Assembly (NCBI GenBank): GCA_030704615.1
Contig: CM060731.1
Coordinates: 29,450,001-29,514,000, forward strand
Reading direction: 5' to 3'
DNA length: 64,000 nucleotides
DNA from: Takakia lepidozioides
Taxonomy: Eukaryota > Plantae > Bryophyta
Of the stretch, positions 58,085 to 64,000 are shown in pieces; positions within the stretch are counted from its first letter, which is position 1, and each line of letters begins with the position of its first letter. The notes under the pieces are model-generated. The model made no database searches, was not told the DNA's origin, and saw only the letters and a program-made list of their open reading frames with translations. The translations under genes and the position numbers were made by a program.

Positions 58085-58569
58085 TACTGTAAACTATGTT
58101 GCCTCTTGTGAGAAATCGTTAGGCTTTGTTAGCAGTGTAATCACAGATCCAAAGGGAATGTCGGTGCCGACATTTACTTCTATGTCTGTGTCCTTCCAAA
58201 GCTAGAGATTGCATTCACCTGGATTAGGAACTAAGGGTGTGTTTGCAGTGTCCTTGAATGATATTTTGTGAATGGCGTTGACCACATTCACATCCAAAGC
58301 TGTTGTGAGCTCCCGAGATTTATTGTACGTTTTGTATATTGAATGTCCTACTGGAAACTGTGTTGCCTCTGGTGAGAAATCGTTAGGCTTTGTAAGCAGT
58401 GTAATCATAGATCCAAAGTGAATGTCGGTGCCGACATTCACTTCTATATCTGTGTCCTTCCAAAGCTAGAGATTGCATTCACCTGGATTAGGAACTTAGG
58501 GTGTGTTTGCAGTGTCCTTGAATGGAATTTTCTGAATGTCGTTGACAACATTCACATCCAGAGCTGTTG
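58085..58569. repeat. About 265-bp tandem duplication truncated by the Gypsy LTR
   Basis: aaactatgttgcctct...gagaaatcgttaggctttg...ccttccaaagctagagattgcattcacctgg...acattcacatcca occurs twice. Confidence 0.85.
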
Positions 58570-59295
58570 TGTTGCGGCCCTTTGCCTTGAGGGCAGGGAG
58601 GTCGGGACACAAGAGGGGCTGCCCCTGTGGTGGGGACAGTAGCAGCGATAGGTACGGGGGCTAAAGCACCCTTGAGTGCCCAAGGCACTCAAGGAGGCGG
58701 AGGCGCTCACTAGGTGGAGCCCCGCACACCGGGTTGCGGTGGGGGTGGCTCCACAAGGGGTGGTGGTAGCTTAGCGGGACTTAGTGGGGGTGGCATAGGA
58801 CTCACCATGGGGTGGAGACCTCGAGGTGGGAGTCGTGGGGAGTCTTGGGACTCATCACGGTCCATTGGGGCCGCGGTGAGTGGGCCAAGACTCACCGCGA
58901 CTCACCACCGGGAATCGAGGGTCTTCGTGGTGGTTCGCCATAAAATGGCATGGCTGGTTGTGAAACCCCCGCGGACAGCTACAGAAGTATATATAGGGAG
59001 TAGTAACCCCGAGAACGGTGCAAGCCCATTGGTGACCAAAAACTAGTGAGTAAGCGAGCGAGCCGGAAAGCGACCAAAGAGTGGGGAGCTGTTCGGGACT
59101 GCCATCTACCAAAGGGAATTCTCCTAGTCCCAATTAGGTGGAGGGTTCAGTGGGAAGCGAAGGGGGGACCGTTATGTCCCGGTGAGCAGCCGAAGCTCCA
59201 AGTTGGCCCGGGTGGCCAGGTTGGGAGTCAGGCGCGCGCATCAAAGCGAGTAACTATGACTTGAAGGGGAGCTTACCGAAGTGAGGTGCGCGACA
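58570..59295 (+). repeat. 5' LTR (726 bp)
   Basis: TGTTGCG...CGCGACA inverted termini; interrupts the preceding duplication; followed by a PBS. Confidence 0.8.
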
Positions 59296-59297
59296 CT

Positions 59298-59309
59298 TGG
59301 TATCAGAGC
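59298..59309 (+). promoter_or_regulatory. Primer-binding site for tRNA-iMet
   Basis: TGGTATCAGAGC, 2 nt after the LTR end. Confidence 0.92.
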
Positions 59310-59350
59310 TTAGAGTTCAGTACGTGATCGTCCTTGGGATTGGCCTCATC

Positions 59351-60736
59351 ATGGGGTCGGGCAAGCCGAAGCGAAAGCGGAACGGTCCAAAAGATGATGA
59401 TCCCGGTGAGCCTGATGGGGGCGTCGTGTCACCGAGGCGGCCGTTTGAGGAAGTGATGCATGTTTCCGAAAACGAGGCCGCCCAAGAGCGGGAGGAATCC
59501 GAGGAGTCGGAGCCCGAGGAATCCTTGAGAGCTCCGACAAACCAAGAGATGCCTCCCATGCCGGCAGCCTTTTGGGAAGGGTTGTTGGCGCAGTTTGGCA
59601 GGACGTTGAAAGACGTGTTGAAGGCGGCTAATGCCACTTCCGCTAAGGCAAAGTTTAAGGTGAAGCCTAAGGAACCCGGCACCTTCGAGGGCGTCCGAAA
59701 TCGGAAGGCACTCAACACCTGGCTCTTGGAGCTAGAGCAGTACTTCCGGGCGGCCAAGTTGAGTGACGAGGATCGGGTGGAAGTGGCTCCCACCTATTTG
59801 AGGGGCTATGCTCAACAATGGTGGCAGAAACGCCTTCACGACCGAGGTCCAAGCCCGGAAACCTTGAACTGGAGTGGGTTCAAGGAATTGATGAAAAGAC
59901 AGTTTGTGCCCCTCAACGCGTCCTGGCTTGCCCGGGATAAGATGAGGAATTTGAAGCAAACAGATGACATTCGGGGGTATGTCCAGGCTTTCAATGTGCT
60001 GTTGCTCGAAGTCGCGGACATGGCAGAACCAGAAATGGTCTTCAACTTTGTGGCAGGACTGGCCCCATGGGCGAGGCGGAAGTTGGAGGAGAAGCCACCC
60101 AAGACTTTGAACGAGGCTATTGAGAGGGCTGAATGTTTCTCAAATGTCCCTAGGGGTGAAAGACAAGGCCGTACGGAGCTGAACCACAAGAAGATTCGGC
60201 GGGAAGGTGACTCCTTCCGACCGGAAAAGAAGATGGATAGGCCACGCGGCGAAAATGGCACGTGGAAATCGAAGGGAGGGCCTTCACACGTCAAGGCGGC
60301 ACCCGGTGCTTCGAAAAGAAAAGCGGGTGGAGCGGCTTATGGCGGACAGAAGGCGACCTTTGATGGAGTGTGTTTCAATTGCGGGGAGCCCGGGCACATG
60401 GCCAAGAAGTGCACGAAGCCCCGGCAATTGAACATGACTCGGGCGACCACGGAGCTGTCGGAAGATACCATCAGTCGCTTGGTGGAAGCGGTGGTCGACA
60501 GGACTTGCAAGGTAGGCAAATTTTCTTGTGAGTTGTATCAGGAAACCGGCGCCTTACGAAAAGGGAGTCAGTTGTTGTTCGTGGATGGGATAATATCAGG
60601 AACTAATGTGTCGTTGTTGGTGGACACAGGAGCGTCGCACTCCTTCATGACACCGGCAACGGCACAAAAGCTGGGACTCCCGACAAGTGACGTGGGGGCC
60701 TCTATTGAGGTGCGCTCTGCCAAAGGAGAACCATAG
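59351..60736 (+). CDS. gag: gag and N-terminal half of protease; in-frame TAG, then pol continues to about 61606
   Basis: KPKEPGTFEG..WLLELEQYF..YLRGYAQQWW, CCHC knuckle, DTG motif. Confidence 0.85.
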   Translation: MGSGKPKRKRNGPKDDDPGEPDGGVVSPRRPFEEVMHVSENEAAQEREESEESEPEESLRAPTNQEMPPMPAAFWEGLLAQFGRTLKDVLKAANATSAKAKFKVKPKEPGTFEGVRNRKALNTWLLELEQYFRAAKLSDEDRVEVAPTYLRGYAQQWWQKRLHDRGPSPETLNWSGFKELMKRQFVPLNASWLARDKMRNLKQTDDIRGYVQAFNVLLLEVADMAEPEMVFNFVAGLAPWARRKLEEKPPKTLNEAIERAECFSNVPRGERQGRTELNHKKIRREGDSFRPEKKMDRPRGENGTWKSKGGPSHVKAAPGASKRKAGGAAYGGQKATFDGVCFNCGEPGHMAKKCTKPRQLNMTRATTELSEDTISRLVEAVVDRTCKVGKFSCELYQETGALRKGSQLLFVDGIISGTNVSLLVDTGASHSFMTPATAQKLGLPTSDVGASIEVRSAKGEP

Positions 60737-62966
60737 TTGGTGACAAGGTTGGCGATTGATGTTCCTCTTCAACTGGGGAGTTGGGAGGGACGTGAGAACT
60801 TCACCATCTGCAAGATCGAAGGAGTGGATCTCATTTTGGGGATGACCTTTTTGAGCAAATCCGGAGCGGTCATAGATGGCCGCAAGAGAGTAGTCACGCT
60901 GCCATGTGGGAATGGTGGCGAGGTTTTACGAGTGTCTGAAACGCCCAAATCCGTGGGAGGGCGAATAAACCTTCTGTCAGCAAAGGAGTGGGCCGTGGAG
61001 GAGGCACACGAGCCCCAGTTTTTGCTTTACATTAGAGAAGTGAAAGGAGAAGGCGATGGGGAGCCGAGCCCAGATTGGATCCAGGGGATTTTGGAGAAAT
61101 ACCAGGATGTGATGCCGGAGGATTTACCAAGCGGCTTGCCACCGCGAAGAGGAGTTGACCACAAGATTGAGGTGATACCGGGATCGGAACCGCCTGCCAA
61201 GGCACCCTACCGGTTGAGCCACAAAGAGTTGGTCGAGCTGAAGACTCAGCTCAAGGATCTAATGTCAAAGGGGTACATCCGGCCGAGTAAGTCACCTTAC
61301 GGAGCCCCGGTGCTATTTGCAGACAAGAAGGATGGGACGCTGCGGATGTGTGTCGATTACAGGGCTCTGAATAAGGTGACTATCAAAAACCGGTACCCTT
61401 TGCCAAGGATCGACGACCTCTTCGATCGGTTGGCAGGAGCGAAGTATTTTAGCCGGATCGACTTGCGCTCCGGCTATCACCAAATTCGGGTGGCGGAAGG
61501 AGATGAGGAGAAGACCGCGTGCATGACAAGGTATGGTTCATATGAGTTCTTGGTGATGCCTTTTGGGCTCACCAATGCACCAGCGACATTTAGCACGCTG
61601 ATGAACAGACAACGGCATATCAGTCATGAAATCCATCGAGACGCTTTCCCAAGTCCCCTCTGGAATCGGCAAGGGTTGTAACAGCCCCGCTTGCTTTTTG
61701 TACTCGCTCCGGTTTTGTTGGCATGTGGTGCATGTCTTGACATACTCTGCCTCCTCCCTCAGTTTGGGCCAGAAATACTCTTTCTTCAGGAGTGCCGCAG
61801 TGCGCTTGGCTCTGCCGTGGCCCGCAAGCGGGCTATCATGGCATTCTCTCAAGAGGCTATCTCTGATCCCTCCCTTCGGCACGTAGAGACGCTTTTGCTT
61901 ATACCGGAGCAACCCATTTTGCAAGTGGAATTGCGATTTAACCCCCATTCTCAAGTCCTGCATCACGGACTTTGCCAGCTCATCCTTCCGGCAAGCCTTC
62001 CGGATCTTCCTTTGGAGCGCCGTCTCGCCCTTGTACACCAACAAGAGCTGCTGCTTTCTACTTAAAGCATCGGCCACCACATTGTCCCGTCCCGGTTTGT
62101 ACTGGATATCCACGTCGAACACCGCCAAAGTATCTTGTCACCTAAGTTGTTTTGGGGACAACTTGGGCTGTGTGGCAAAATACTTCACTGTGACATTGTC
62201 TGTGAACACCTTCACTGGGTTGGAACCAACATAGTGGCGCCAAAGCTCAAGGCAATGCACCACCGCCTTCATCTCTTTTTCGTGCGTCGGCCACCGTCGC
62301 TCCACTTCATTCAGTTTCTTACTTTCGTAAGCCACTGGACGTCCATCTTGCATAAGTACACCCCCAATCGCGACGCATCTGTATGACTCTCAAATGGACG
62401 ATCGAACTCCGGGATTTTCAAGACTGGAGCTTCCGCCATCCGCTGCTTCAATTCAGCAAAAGCTTGGCCACAAAAGGTGTTCCATGCCCAGACTTTAGAT
62501 TTACACAGAAGGTCTGACAGCGGCCCCGCAATCTTGGCGAAATTTTTCACATACTTCCGGTAATAGGAGGCGAGTCCTAGGAAGGATCGCACTCCCGGGA
62601 CCGAAGTCGGAGGCTCCCAGTCCAAGATCGCCCTCACCTTTCTATCATCCATTTTGATCCCATCCTGTGTAATCACATGCCCCAAGAACTCCACTTTCGT
62701 GACCCCGAATTCGCACTTTGAAGCTTTGGCATACAGCTTCCCTTCTCGCAATTTTTGGAACACCCTTTTGAGGTGCTCCAGGTGCTCCTCCTTTGTTTTC
62801 GAGTACACCAAGATGTCGTCGATGTACACGATCACAAAGTCATCCAACCACTCCTGAAAAAGGCAATTCTTGCGGAATTACGTGTCGGCAGACCAATCAG
62901 ACTGGATGGAACACTTAGACGCGGCAGAGTTCTGTTATAATAACACAGAACACTCCGCAACGGAGC

Positions 62967-63455
62967 AAAAAAAGATGGAGAGCCTGAAGCGAGGCCGAGA
63001 TGTTAGATGTTGAAGCATTATCCAATAACAAGATTGTGTCATCTGCGTAGAGTGAAGTTTTGATCGACGCTAGAGCAGGCAAGGATTGGGGAATCTTAAG
63101 GCCCTGTATATGCGAACGAGAGTCGAACAGGTGCCCAAGGCAATATACCACCAGTAAAAATAGAAAAGGGGCCAAAGGGCACCCTTGACGAATAGAACGA
63201 TGCAAACGGAAGGCAGGAGAGAGAACTCCATTTACCAGAACTTTACTTGAGGTGGATGAAAGCAAGATCTTGATCCACTGAAGAAAGCTCCCCGAAATTC
63301 CAAGCTTTTGAGTAGCACCAAGGAGGAAGTCCCAATCTATATTGTCAAAAGCCTTTTCAAAGTGTAACATAAGCAAGGCCAATGGCTGATCAGCTTCATA
63401 AGCATGATGTAAGGAGCCTTCCAGAGCCAAAAGGATGTTATCTAATATCATCCTT
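62967..63455 (-). mobile_element. L1-type LINE RT fragment inside the Gypsy integrase
   Basis: ILDNILL...FEKAFDNIDWDFL...SIRQGCPLAPFLFLL...LYADDT. Confidence 0.88.
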
Positions 63456-64000
63456 CTCCAAAATTTACTCGTAAACTTTGGATCGCGATCCGAGACAATA
63501 TCCTTCGAGACTCCATGATGTTTTAAAGTCGCCCTATCTCCTGCGCCGTTGCCGTCTCCTTGGTGGGGATGAAATGGCCCATTTTACTGAACCTATCCAC
63601 CACCACCATGATTGCATCGAATCCTTCCCCTTTCGTATTGGTCTATGGAAAAGCACCTCTGGTGCCGACAAGTTGGGCCGCCCAGGACGTTGAGGAACCG
63701 GCAGTAGCGGCGGTACTGGAAGAACGCGAGCGTTTGTTGAAGCTCGCAAAGTACAATATTGCCAAAGCTAGGAAATGGTATGAAAGGCAGGCGAATCGGA
63801 AGCGGAGGGAAGTGAAGTTTGAGGCAGGCACAGAGGTATGGTTGAACATCATGAATTTCCGACTACCTCCGGAAGTGAGTCCGAAGTTCGTACCTCCGTA
63901 TGCGGGACCCTTTCGCATTCGGAAGGTTATGAATGAGGATGTGTATGAATTGGAGCTGCCGGCAAACAGCAAGGTGCACCCAATATTCCATGTCTCCCTT

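Larger units (their letters stand above)
58570..64000 (+). mobile_element. Ty3/Gypsy retrotransposon, internally rearranged, running off the window
   Basis: LTR, iMet PBS, gag with CFNCGEPGHMAKKC, protease LLVDTGASHSF, RT up to [15 protein letters not shown]. Inverted YIDD-RH-IN block at 61607-62862; IN C-terminus YAGPFRI...HPIFHVSL. Confidence 0.93.

Noticed and set aside
60734-60736. Programmed gag-pol stop readthrough
   Set aside because: The TAG lies inside the protease, after the DTG motif; a CAG>TAG mutation is more likely.

Overview
Eukaryotic, repeat-rich nuclear DNA. It most likely comes from a non-seed land plant, inferred from PLS-class PPR-DYW editing factors, a dirigent-like gene, a two-exon Sec61-gamma gene and plant-type Ty3/Gypsy elements. 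Host genes: three PPR-DYW loci (one pseudogene, two intact ORFs; two have upstream OSB-type PDF-motif exons), an intronless VPS9-domain gene, a dirigent-like gene and SEC61G. The standout feature is an 11.1-kb decayed Ty3/Gypsy element at 10226-21369. It encodes gag-protease-DNMT3-like cytosine methyltransferase-RT-RNaseH-DDE integrase-PHD finger. Instead of two ordinary LTRs it has split direct repeats (A1...B1-AC-A2-B2) with TG...CA ends and a 4-bp GGGT duplication. It shows no tRNA primer site but has a 13-nt self-complementary site at that position. This layout is what integration of a two-LTR circle cut at an internal GACA-AC-TGTC palindrome would produce (inference). Also present: two internally inverted or scrambled Gypsy remnants, a probably 5'-inverted LINE, hAT-like non-autonomous elements, 120-bp satellites, and a 48-58.5 kb multi-gene region (ParB/Srx-like motif, SWIM finger, intronic palindrome arrays) that may be cargo of a large transposon. 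All calls were made by eye with no database searches; boundaries of degenerate elements are approximate.
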